Shown piece after piece: positions 19,207 to 27,728 of a DNA stretch of 64,000 nt. The first letter of the stretch is position 1. Each line of letters starts with the position of its first letter. The notes under the pieces were generated by a model. The model ran no database searches and had not been told where the DNA came from. It was given only the letters and a program-made list of their open reading frames with translations. The translations under genes and the position numbers were made by a program. Origin of the DNA: an uncultured Fibrobacterota bacterium (GTDB taxonomy: Bacteria > Fibrobacterota > Chitinivibrionia > Chitinivibrionales > FEN-1185); contig CAVWBU010000027.1 of the NCBI GenBank assembly GCA_963753345.1, positions 32,001-96,000 of the forward strand, in the 5' to 3' direction.

Positions 19207-20109
19207 ATGGAAACCGTCGCGTGGGTCAACAGGCACGTTCCGAGGATCGCGGGGATACTTGAGCGGGCGGTACGGGGCGGTATTTCGGCCCGCGACGAAG
19301 AAGGGCTCGACCTTGCGGGCAGAACCGTCATCTACGATATCCTCAACGACATTCTCGCCGTGCTGTTTCCCGGGTTCTACAGCAGGGACAAGGTGCCCCG
19401 CAAGGAAATGAATTTCTACCTTGGCGATATGCTCCGCCGCATCAGCCTCCGGCTCGTGCGCGTGATGGCCGAAATTCTCAAGTACCACTGCAGGAAGAAG
19501 GGGAAGTGCGACGAATGCACGTGCGAGGCGCGTGCGCAGAGGGTGCTTGCCAAGCTCGTCGAGTCGCTGCCATCGATCCGCGCCACGCTCATCGAGGACA
19601 TCAAGGCCGCCTACGACGGCGATCCCGCGGCGACCTGCCTCGAGGAGATCATTCTGAGCTATCCGTGCATCGAGGCGATCGCAACGCACCGCGTGGCGCA
19701 CCTGCTTTACAAACTGGATGTTCCCTTTGTCCCCAGGATCATGTCGGAACACGCGCATTCGAAGACGGGCATCGACATCCATCCCGGCGCGACCATCGCG
19801 CCGAGATTTTTTATCGACCACGGCACGGGCGTGGTGATCGGCGAGACCACCACCATCGGCCGCAACGTTCGCCTCTACCAGGGTGTCACGCTCGGCGCGC
19901 TTTCGCCGTTTGACAAACAGGGAAATCTCAAGCGCGGCGTCAAGCGCCATCCGACCATCCGCGACGAGGTGATCATCTACGCGAACGCCACCATCCTCGG
20001 AGGGAAGACCGTCATCGGTAAAGGCGCGATCATCGGCGGCAACACCTGGATCACGCGTTCGGTGCCAGCCGGTGCCGTTGTGTACAAGGGTCAGGAGGAC
20101 GGAAAATGA
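19207..20109 (+). CDS. cysE: Serine O-acetyltransferase (CysE/EpsC long form)
   Basis: AAYDGDPAA, HRVAHLLY, TGIDIHPGATI, IDHGTGVVIGET, LYQGVTLGA, KRHPTI. Confidence 0.93.
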   Translation: METVAWVNRHVPRIAGILERAVRGGISARDEEGLDLAGRTVIYDILNDILAVLFPGFYSRDKVPRKEMNFYLGDMLRRISLRLVRVMAEILKYHCRKKGKCDECTCEARAQRVLAKLVESLPSIRATLIEDIKAAYDGDPAATCLEEIILSYPCIEAIATHRVAHLLYKLDVPFVPRIMSEHAHSKTGIDIHPGATIAPRFFIDHGTGVVIGETTTIGRNVRLYQGVTLGALSPFDKQGNLKRGVKRHPTIRDEVIIYANATILGGKTVIGKGAIIGGNTWITRSVPAGAVVYKGQEDGK

Positions 20110-20246
20110 TGAAGAGCAAGCGTCGGCCGCGGTAAACGACGCCAACGGGCAAACGCGTTTTCGAAATCCTTGGATTATGTCTTCCTGAAATCTTGTTTCT
20201 TTGCATTGCCGTCACTCTGTCGCCCGACCGCACCCGGGAACTGCGC

Positions 20247-20447
20247 ATGCACGTCACGGTAAACGGCAAAGAAGAGGCCATTGATGCGGGCGTGTCGCTC
20301 AATCAGCTGCTTGCGTCCCGCGCCATAAACCCTCATGCGGTTGTTGTGGAAGTAAACCTCGATATCATACCGCGTGAACGCCTCGCGTCGGTTGTTCTCA
20401 AGGAAGGCGATACGGTTGAGATACTGAGGTTTGTGGGAGGCGGGTGA
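20247..20447 (+). CDS. thiS: Sulfur carrier protein ThiS
   Basis: 66 aa, VTVNGK...LKEGDTVEILRFVGGG with C-terminal GG. Confidence 0.93.
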   Translation: MHVTVNGKEEAIDAGVSLNQLLASRAINPHAVVVEVNLDIIPRERLASVVLKEGDTVEILRFVGGG

Positions 20448-20450
20448 GAG

Positions 20451-20530
20451 GTATATGCGTGGATGCGTAGACGCGTATATGCGTAAATGCGTAAAAGCGT
20501 TGATGAGTTCAATGTTGAAGGTTGAAAGTT
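20451..20530. repeat. Degenerate 8-bp then 7-bp tandem array
   Basis: GTATATGC GTGGATGC GTAGACGC GTATATGC GTAAATGC GTAAAAGC ... GTTCAAT GTTGAAG GTTGAAA. Confidence 0.8.
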
Positions 20531-20715
20531 ACTAATCAGTTCATAAGCATGATCTCATAGATTCGATGTCACCCTGAGCTTGTCGACCGCGACTACAACC
20601 GCATACAAACCTAAGGAGCAGTGGCGTCTTCACCAACGGTCTATCGAGTACGAGACGGTTCGACAGGCTCACCGTGACACATTTTGTGTAGCATTACTTA
20701 TGAACAGCTTAGTAA
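20529..20715. mobile_element. MITE-like element with ~55-bp imperfect terminal inverted repeats
   Basis: TTACTAA.CAGTTCATAAG...TGTCACCCTGAGCTTGTCGA is mirrored by TCGACAGGCTCACCGTGACA...CTTATGAACAGCTTAGTAA. Confidence 0.65.
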
Positions 20716-20781
20716 AAGCAATTTGTACCGATTACACACATCAATGAATCATTCCTAGAAAGATCGTGATAGCATTCTGCC

Positions 20782-21552
20782 ATGGAAGACCTTCTTAACA
20801 TTGCCGGAACAAAAGTGCGCTCGCGGCTCATTACGGGTTCGGGCAAGTTCCGCGACGAGCGCCAGCTGGCCGATGTTGTCGAGGCCGCGCAATGCGACAT
20901 CGTGACGGTCGCGCTGAGGCGCGTCGATTTCGACAGGCCGTCGGACAATGTTCTGCAGTACGTTCCCAAGGGCAAGATCCTTCTTCCGAACACCTCGGGC
21001 GCGCGCACCGCGGCCGAGGCGGTTCGCCTTGCGCGCCTCGCGCGTTCCATGGGCTGCGGAAACTGGGTGAAGATCGAAGTGATCCGGGACCAGAAATACC
21101 TTCTTCCCGACAACATGGAAACGCTCGCGGCAACGGAAACGCTTGTCAAAGAGGGGTTCGTGGTGCTGCCGTACATGTCGCCGGACCTTTCTGCGGCACG
21201 GCGTCTGGTGGAAGCCGGGGCGGCCGCGGTGATGCCGCTTGGCGCGCCCATCGGTTCGAACCGCGGCCTGCGAACGCTCGATCTCATAGAGATCCTTATT
21301 GACGAAATAGATATCCCCGTTATCGTGGACGCGGGAATTGGCAGTCCGTCGCACGCCGCGCATGCCATGGAAATCGGCGCGGCCGCCGTACTCCTCAATA
21401 CTGCCATTGCGTCAAGCGACGACCCGGTGAACATGGCGAATGCATTCAGGCTTGCCGTGGAGGCGGGGAGGCTTGCGTTTCTGGCCGGGCTGGGGAGCGT
21501 TTCGAAAACAGGGAGACCGTCGTCGCCGCTCACCGGGTTTCTGGATAGATAG
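20782..21552 (+). CDS. thiG: Thiazole synthase
   Basis: [56 protein letters not shown]. Confidence 0.96.
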   Translation: MEDLLNIAGTKVRSRLITGSGKFRDERQLADVVEAAQCDIVTVALRRVDFDRPSDNVLQYVPKGKILLPNTSGARTAAEAVRLARLARSMGCGNWVKIEVIRDQKYLLPDNMETLAATETLVKEGFVVLPYMSPDLSAARRLVEAGAAAVMPLGAPIGSNRGLRTLDLIEILIDEIDIPVIVDAGIGSPSHAAHAMEIGAAAVLLNTAIASSDDPVNMANAFRLAVEAGRLAFLAGLGSVSKTGRPSSPLTGFLDR

Positions 21553-21653
21553 ACAGAAAGAGAAGATCCACCACGGAGGCACGAAGGACACAGAGAAAAA
21601 AAAGGATTGGAGTCAAGTGCAATAACCACGGGCTGAATGCGTCGGCACTGATT

Positions 21654-21688
21654 CCAACCGTCAACTGTTAACTGACAACTGTCAACTG
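21654..21688. repeat. Degenerate 7-bp tandem array
   Basis: CCAACCG TCAACTG TTAACTG ACAACTG TCAACTG. Confidence 0.75.
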
Positions 21689-21717
21689 GTTTGCTATTAC
21701 ACCCGGGCGTAGTATTC

Positions 21718-22848
21718 ATGTCCTTCCTCGACATCATCAAGAAATACGAATCATTCGATTTTGCCGGTTTCTTTGATTCCGTCACCCCGCAGCAGGTGGA
21801 AACGGTTCTTGACAGAGACAAGCTGCGGCCGCTTGACTTTCTTGCCCTGCTCTCGCCCGCAGCCTCGCCCTTTCTGGAACCCATGGCGCAAAAAGCAAGC
21901 ACGATCACCAGAAAGAATTTCGGCAGCGTGATGTTTCTGTTCACGCCCCTGTACATTTCGAACCACTGCGACAACGGCTGTCCGTACTGCTCATTCGCCC
22001 GCCAGCACCGCATTGCGCGGAGTCATTTGTCGTTTGAAAAGATTCGCGGCGAAGCCCAGGCCATTTCCGCAACCGGCATGCGGCATATTCTCGTGCTCAC
22101 CGGCGAGTCGCGCTCAATGGCGTCGCCGGAATACGTTCGCGAGGCGGTTTCCATCATTCACGAACACTTTGCGAGCGTGAGCGTCGAGATCTATCCTATG
22201 ACCAGAGAAGAATATGGCGCGCTTGCAGCGTCCGGAGCCGACGGCCTCACCATCTATCAGGAAGTGTACAACGAGGAGCGTTACCACGAACTGCACCGGG
22301 GCGGGCCCAAGGACAACTACGCGTTCAGGCTCGATGCCCCGGCCCGCGCCGCGCAGGCCGGCGTGCGCTCGGTGACCGTGGGCGCGCTCATGGGACTCTA
22401 CGAGCCGAGGTCCGAGGCGTTCTTCGCGGGACTTCACGCCGCGTGGATGCAGAAAGCGTTCCCCGACGTCGAAGTGTCGGTTGCCTTTCCGCGCCTGAGA
22501 CCCATGGTGCGCGAGTTCGAGCCCTATTGCGAAATTAGCGACCGGCTCTATGTGCAAATGCTTGCGGCCGCCCGTCTTTTTCTTCCGCGGTGCGGCATAA
22601 CGGTTTCCACGCGTGAATCGCGCGAGTTCCGCAACGCCATTGCGCCGCTGTGCGTCACCAAGATGTCTGCGGGAGTGTCGACCGCGGTGGGCGGTCGTGC
22701 GAGCGGCGTTGCCTCCACGCCGCAGTTCGAAATCGCCGACGACCGCTCGCTTGACGAAATGAAATCCGACCTTGCGGCGATCGGGCTGCAGTCCGTGATG
22801 CAGGACTGGAATTCACACTACGTTGAGGGTGGCGCGGATCGGGGATAG
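21718..22848 (+). CDS. thiH: 2-iminoacetate synthase (radical SAM tyrosine lyase)
   Basis: FTPLYISNHCDNGCPYCSF (CxxxCxxC), YQEVY, PRLRP, STRES, QFEIADDRS. Confidence 0.94.
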   Translation: MSFLDIIKKYESFDFAGFFDSVTPQQVETVLDRDKLRPLDFLALLSPAASPFLEPMAQKASTITRKNFGSVMFLFTPLYISNHCDNGCPYCSFARQHRIARSHLSFEKIRGEAQAISATGMRHILVLTGESRSMASPEYVREAVSIIHEHFASVSVEIYPMTREEYGALAASGADGLTIYQEVYNEERYHELHRGGPKDNYAFRLDAPARAAQAGVRSVTVGALMGLYEPRSEAFFAGLHAAWMQKAFPDVEVSVAFPRLRPMVREFEPYCEISDRLYVQMLAAARLFLPRCGITVSTRESREFRNAIAPLCVTKMSAGVSTAVGGRASGVASTPQFEIADDRSLDEMKSDLAAIGLQSVMQDWNSHYVEGGADRG

Positions 22849-22941
22849 CCCCACAGTCCTATTTTGTGCAGCCTGAAAGGCTTTTGTGGTACGCCTATGG
22901 CGTTTTCTCGAAAAGAAACCACGGCCTATGGCCGTGGTCCT

Positions 22942-24147
22942 TTACTGTATCGCGCCCATCATGTCGAAAATCGGCAGGTACATAGCGACAAGCATGCCTC
23001 CCACCAACCCGCCCATCATGACAATCATGATAGGTTCGATTATGGAGGTGAGGGCGGCAACGGCCGCGTCCACTTCTTCGCCGTAGAATTCGGAGATTTT
23101 TCCGAGCATGCCGGCAAGGTCTCCGGTCTTTTCGCCCACGGCAATCATCTGCGTGACCATGGGCGGGAAAAGTCCTGTTTCCCTGAGCGGATCGGCTATC
23201 GAGAGACCTCCGCTTATCCTTTGGACGGTGCGCTCAAGCCCCTTTTCCAGCACCATGTTACCGGCGGTCCTGGCAGTGATCCTGAGCGCCTCCAGAATGG
23301 TGACGCCGCTCGTGAGCAGCGTGGAAAGGGTTTGCGAGAACCGGCTTATTGCCGTTTTCCTTTCCAGGTCGCCGATGATGGGAATTTTCAGCCTGAGATA
23401 ATCTATGTTGTATCTGCCATTTTCGGTTCGGTAGTACGTCGTCAGGGCGATACCGGCCCCCACGACGCCGATAATAATGTAGGGCAGACCATGCCGGACG
23501 AGATTTGAGAGATCCATGACGATTTGGGTTGGTAGCGGCAGCTTGCCGCCAAGGTCCGAGAACATCTTGGCAAACGTCGGGATGACAAAAATCAGCATTA
23601 TCGACGAAAGGCCTATGGCCATCACGCCTACGATGGCCGGGTAGGTGAGAGCGCCAACTATTTTGCGCCGCAGCTGTTCGGACTTTTCCTGATATTCCGC
23701 AACGCGGTTGAGAACGCCGTCGAGGTTGCCCGAGGCTTCGCCGGCGGAAACCATGTTGCAGTAGAGCGAATTGAAGATTTGCGGATGTTTGCCGAGAGCG
23801 TCCGCCAGTGTGCTTCCCACCTGGATATCGGACGAAATCTGCTGGATCTTCTGGGAGAAATTCTTGTTTTCGGTCTGGGAGACCAGGATGTCGAGGCACT
23901 GGACAAGCGGAAGGCCCGAGGAGGTCATGGCGGCAAGTTGCCGCGTAAACCTGCTGAGCGCCGCAAGGTTTACCTTTCCTCCGCCGAACCCCGGAATGCT
24001 CAGCCCCATCGACTTGGCCTTTACGGAAACGACGCGAATCTTCTTCCTGCGAAGCGCGGTGATGACTTCGTTCTTGGCCCCGGCCTGCAATTCCCCTTTC
24101 ACCTGCTGGCCGTTAGCGGCAATGCCGACGTATTCAAACCGTGCCAT
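22942..24147 (-). CDS. pilC: Type IV pilus platform protein PilC (T2SS F family)
   Basis: FTRQLAAM..SGLPL, AGEASGNLD, ALTYP, VGEKTGDL, IIEP, MYLPIF. Confidence 0.93.
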   Translation of the reverse strand: MARFEYVGIAANGQQVKGELQAGAKNEVITALRRKKIRVVSVKAKSMGLSIPGFGGGKVNLAALSRFTRQLAAMTSSGLPLVQCLDILVSQTENKNFSQKIQQISSDIQVGSTLADALGKHPQIFNSLYCNMVSAGEASGNLDGVLNRVAEYQEKSEQLRRKIVGALTYPAIVGVMAIGLSSIMLIFVIPTFAKMFSDLGGKLPLPTQIVMDLSNLVRHGLPYIIIGVVGAGIALTTYYRTENGRYNIDYLRLKIPIIGDLERKTAISRFSQTLSTLLTSGVTILEALRITARTAGNMVLEKGLERTVQRISGGLSIADPLRETGLFPPMVTQMIAVGEKTGDLAGMLGKISEFYGEEVDAAVAALTSIIEPIMIVMMGGLVGGMLVAMYLPIFDMMGAIQ

Positions 24148-24180
24148 GTGATCTCTCCTTTGTCCAGGAAAAAGACCGTG

Positions 24181-25233
24181 CTACCCGATCAGCTTCTGCA
24201 GACCATCGGGGTCGGACGTGCAGCTCAGCGCGTCCTTCATGGAAATAAGTCCCCTGCCGAACAACCGGGCAAGGTCCTGGTTCATGGTCTGCATGCCGAA
24301 CTTCTGTCCGATTTCCAGCATTCCCTGCATCTGATGGACCTTGTCGTCGCGGATCAGCGAGCGGATGGCGTTGTTTGCAACAAGCACTTCACAGGCGAGA
24401 GCGCGTCCGCCCCCGATCTTCGGTACGAGCGTCTGGCTCACGATCCCCTCGATCACCATGGCGAGCTGAGCGCGAATGGTCGATTTCTGGTCCGAGGGAA
24501 AAACATCGATGATGCGGTTGATCGACTTGATGGCGGAGTTCGTGTGGAGCGTGGCGAGCGTGAGATGGCCCGTTTCCGCTATGGAAAGCGCGGCCGAGAT
24601 GGTTTCGAGGTCGCGCATCTCGCCGATAAGCACGACGTCCGGGTCCTGGCGCAGGGCCACGCGGAGCGCGCTGCCGAACGACTCCGTGTCCTGGTGTACT
24701 TCACGCTGGTTGATGATGCATTTTTTGTGCTGATGCACGAATTCGATAGGGTCTTCCACGGTGAGAATGTGACCTTCGAGATCGTTGTTGATCTTGTCTA
24801 CCATCGCCGCAAGCGTCGTGCTCTTACCGCTGCCGGTAGGGCCGGTCACGAGGATTAGACCGTTCGGTTTCTCGGTAAACTTGCCCACCATGCCGGGCAG
24901 GCCGAGTTTCTCCAGAGGCTGGACAAGATAGGGTATCTGACGAAAGGCTCCGGCGGTGCACCCGCGCTGAAGATACACGTTGGCGCGGAATCGCGAGAGG
25001 TTCTGGATGCCGAACGAGAAATCCACTTCCTTTTTCTGTTCGAACGTTTTCTTCTGCTGCTCGTTCATCACGCTGTAGCTGAGTTTGAGTATCTGGTCGG
25101 CATTGAGCTTGTCGGCGCTCATCGGTCTGAGCCTGCCGTCTACGCGGAACAGAGGCGGAGCTCCGGCGGTGAGGTGCAGGTCCGACGCAAAAAGATCAAT
25201 CATCTGCTTGAGCAATTCGGGCATTGTAGGCAT
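24181..25233 (-). CDS. pilT: Type IV pilus retraction ATPase PilT
   Basis: ASDLHL, GPTGSGKSTTLAA, EDPIEF, ALRQDPD..GEMRD, AETGHL..TLHT, AIRSLIR, GMQT. Confidence 0.95.
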   Translation of the reverse strand: MPTMPELLKQMIDLFASDLHLTAGAPPLFRVDGRLRPMSADKLNADQILKLSYSVMNEQQKKTFEQKKEVDFSFGIQNLSRFRANVYLQRGCTAGAFRQIPYLVQPLEKLGLPGMVGKFTEKPNGLILVTGPTGSGKSTTLAAMVDKINNDLEGHILTVEDPIEFVHQHKKCIINQREVHQDTESFGSALRVALRQDPDVVLIGEMRDLETISAALSIAETGHLTLATLHTNSAIKSINRIIDVFPSDQKSTIRAQLAMVIEGIVSQTLVPKIGGGRALACEVLVANNAIRSLIRDDKVHQMQGMLEIGQKFGMQTMNQDLARLFGRGLISMKDALSCTSDPDGLQKLIG

Positions 25234-25549
25234 AGGGTTAAAAACTACTTTCAAGAAGAAGTGAAGAGACCAAAATTGCGCTGTTTGTTGCGCGCTGTAT
25301 TGATTGAAATCAATACGACGGAAATCCGAACACCAAAATAGTACTGTATTGCCGCGGAATTTGCAAGAGATGACGTGATCCGGTTGATGGCGGCACAGCA
25401 TGAGCTTGACTTGACGTTACGACCGATTTATTATTACAACAGGTCGGTGGAGCGGTTTCGCTCGGTCCCGTCCGCGCGGTGAGGCCATAGACGGCTGCAC
25501 GCGACGAAAACCGTTTTCACGGCCGTGCTTTGCAAACTGGAAAGGTGTC

Positions 25550-26062
25550 GTGATTATGATGTCGGTCACGTTTTTCCGCAATGCGTGCATCGCGGTGGTC
25601 CTTGTGCTCCTGAATTCGAATTATGCCATGTCGAAACGTCCTCCGGACGGTGAGCCGCAGGAGCGCAGGATTGTGCTTGCGCTCAACGACAAGGCGGCCG
25701 GCGAAACGTTTCTTGACACGCTCAACAGGGGACGGGAGGCGTGTCTTTCCGACAAAGACTTCAATCCTATCATCCCCGAAACGACAACGGTGTCCGACAA
25801 AAGCGGCGCTGCGGAAGCGCCGAACGGTTTTCGCGTGCAGTGTTTTGCTTCAAGCCAGATTGAGCGCGCCCGTGCGGAGCAGAAGGCGATTGAGTCGAAA
25901 GTCCGTTATCCGGTGTACATCGTTTTCGCCGCGCCGTACTACAAGCTGCTTGTCGGCGATTTTGTAAAGCGGGCTGAGGCCGACGCCGCCGCGGCTAAGA
26001 TGAAGGAACTTGGCTACGCCGATGCCTGGGTGATGCGGACGAAGGTGTGGACAAAGCAGTAG
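25550..26062 (+). CDS. SPOR domain-containing exported protein
   Basis: Signal peptide; C-terminal GFRVQCFA...YKLLVGDF...GYADAWV. Confidence 0.85.
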   Translation: MIMMSVTFFRNACIAVVLVLLNSNYAMSKRPPDGEPQERRIVLALNDKAAGETFLDTLNRGREACLSDKDFNPIIPETTTVSDKSGAAEAPNGFRVQCFASSQIERARAEQKAIESKVRYPVYIVFAAPYYKLLVGDFVKRAEADAAAAKMKELGYADAWVMRTKVWTKQ

Positions 26063-26121
26063 CCGGCTTCACCGCGGGAACCAAAGGTTGTCGGGTCGCC
26101 GCGTCTGCCGGCGCGAAAGAA

Positions 26122-26661
26122 CTATTCCTTTTTCAAATCGACGGTTATGATGCCCTGGGAAGGGACGCCGGGGGACACCCGCTTGTCCTGCTTGAGCAGG
26201 GAGGGTGACTGGCGTCTGGCAGAATCCGGGGCCTTCTGGGCCGCGGTAACGGCGACGGACGCCGTAGGCTGAGACGCTGAAGGGGTTTTCATCTGGGAAG
26301 CGTAGGTGCCGGACATCCTGGCCTGGAAATACGCAAAGGTGAAATAGCCTCCTGCGCTGAGGCCGAGGGCGAAAATCAGGATAGACAGCGCCGCGCGCTT
26401 GATCCAGGCGACGGAGAAAAGGCCCATCGTCGTCGGGACAGCAGGCCTGCAGCACAGTGATATTATCTTGTGGTCGAGGTCGGGAGAGGTGTCTTCGCAG
26501 AGGAGGGTGAAAAACTTGTTTTTCTCAAGGGAATACTGGGAGAATTCTTCTTTGCAGGGCGGGCAGGCTGCAAGGTGCTTTTGTAACTCGTCTACCTGCG
26601 CCTCGTCCAGTTCCCCTGACGTGAACAACAAGCCTGCTTCCTCACACTTACTGCAATCCAT
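26122..26661 (-). CDS. Anti-sigma factor (zf-HC2, single TM)
   Basis: HLAACPPC motif, TM helix, overlaps the end of the ECF sigma gene. Confidence 0.85.
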   Translation of the reverse strand: MDCSKCEEAGLLFTSGELDEAQVDELQKHLAACPPCKEEFSQYSLEKNKFFTLLCEDTSPDLDHKIISLCCRPAVPTTMGLFSVAWIKRAALSILIFALGLSAGGYFTFAYFQARMSGTYASQMKTPSASQPTASVAVTAAQKAPDSARRQSPSLLKQDKRVSPGVPSQGIITVDLKKE

Positions 26662-27211
26662 GGATACCCCTTTTTTTGAGTTCTTTCCTGATGTTCTTCA
26701 AAGCAAGCCTCATTCTGCCCAAAGCGGTGTTAATGGGGCAGTTCATGATCTGCGCTATATCTTTGAATGGAACATCGCCCAGTTCCCGGAGTAAGAACAC
26801 TTCCCGCTGCATCGGTTCCAGCGTCCGCACCGCCTCATTGATTACGGCGTTGAGCTGTTTGTTCGCCAAACCAAGGTCCGGAATGTCCGGCCCTTTTCCG
26901 AGTGATCGATCGGTGTCGAGAATATGTTCGTATTCTACTTTTACATGCCTGAAGTAATCTATGGTTCGCTTGTGCGCGATGCCGAAAATCCAGCTGAGAA
27001 AGTTGCGTTCCCTGTCGAACTGCTCGGCATTCCGCATTGCTGCAAGAAAAGTGTCCTGCAACAGGTCCTCCGCAATCTCCCTGTCGCCGGTCATTCTCAC
27101 CAGGAAACCGAACACCCGGTTCTTGTATCGCTCGTAGAGCGCGGAGAACCCGGCCGTGTCTCCCTTCATCCATTGGTCGAAAAGAACATGATCATCAAGC
27201 AAACTATTCAT
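26648..27211 (-). CDS. ECF sigma-70 factor
   Basis: AEDLLQDTF, SWIFGIAH, REVFLLRE, FKDIAQIMNCPINT region 4. Confidence 0.93.
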   Translation of the reverse strand: MNSLLDDHVLFDQWMKGDTAGFSALYERYKNRVFGFLVRMTGDREIAEDLLQDTFLAAMRNAEQFDRERNFLSWIFGIAHKRTIDYFRHVKVEYEHILDTDRSLGKGPDIPDLGLANKQLNAVINEAVRTLEPMQREVFLLRELGDVPFKDIAQIMNCPINTALGRMRLALKNIRKELKKRGIHGLQ

Positions 27212-27258
27212 AACTACGTTCGCCTCAAAAAAATTATTGCATTCTTTTTACAGGATTG

Positions 27259-27720
27259 TCACATGAGTCCCAGGTCGGCAAGCGCCCGGGAATAGGCTTC
27301 TTTCTTGAAATCGACGATTCTGTCAAGGACGAAAGCCGGGGGTTTCCACGACCAATCGTCGAATTCCGCCGGTTGATGCCGGAACCCTATCACGCGGTCG
27401 TCGCCAAAAAAATCGACAAGCACCCATTGCTGCGACTGGCCGGCGTAGTCCGGGTGCTTGTGCTTTGTGCCTTTTGGAAATTTGTAGACGTAAGGTCCCG
27501 GCGCGACCTTAACAACCGATACGTCGCTGATGCCGGTTTCCTCTTCGAGTTCGCGTTGCATTTCGGAAACAAGCTCGGCGCCCGGGTGAATCCCGCCCTG
27601 CGGGAGCTGCCATCCGGAATCGGGCGGATAGCCCTTTCTGTGGCACAGAAGAAGAAGGTTTGTCCCGGCCTTGCGGACCGCTATGCACACATTGGGGCGA
27701 AAACCTGCCACGTGAAGCAC
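27259..27720 (-). CDS. rppH: RNA pyrophosphohydrolase (Nudix)
   Basis: FRPNV, WQLPQGGI, RELEEETG Nudix box, GQSQQW, EFDDW.W, IVDFKK..Y. Confidence 0.88.
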   Translation of the reverse strand: MLHVAGFRPNVCIAVRKAGTNLLLLCHRKGYPPDSGWQLPQGGIHPGAELVSEMQRELEEETGISDVSVVKVAPGPYVYKFPKGTKHKHPDYAGQSQQWVLVDFFGDDRVIGFRHQPAEFDDWSWKPPAFVLDRIVDFKKEAYSRALADLGLM

Positions 27721-27728
27721 CGCCGCGG

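Noticed and set aside
20110-20781. TPP riboswitch upstream of thiS or thiG
   Set aside because: No CTGAGA...ACCTG core with the expected stems; the CTGAG at 20575 belongs to a REP-like arm
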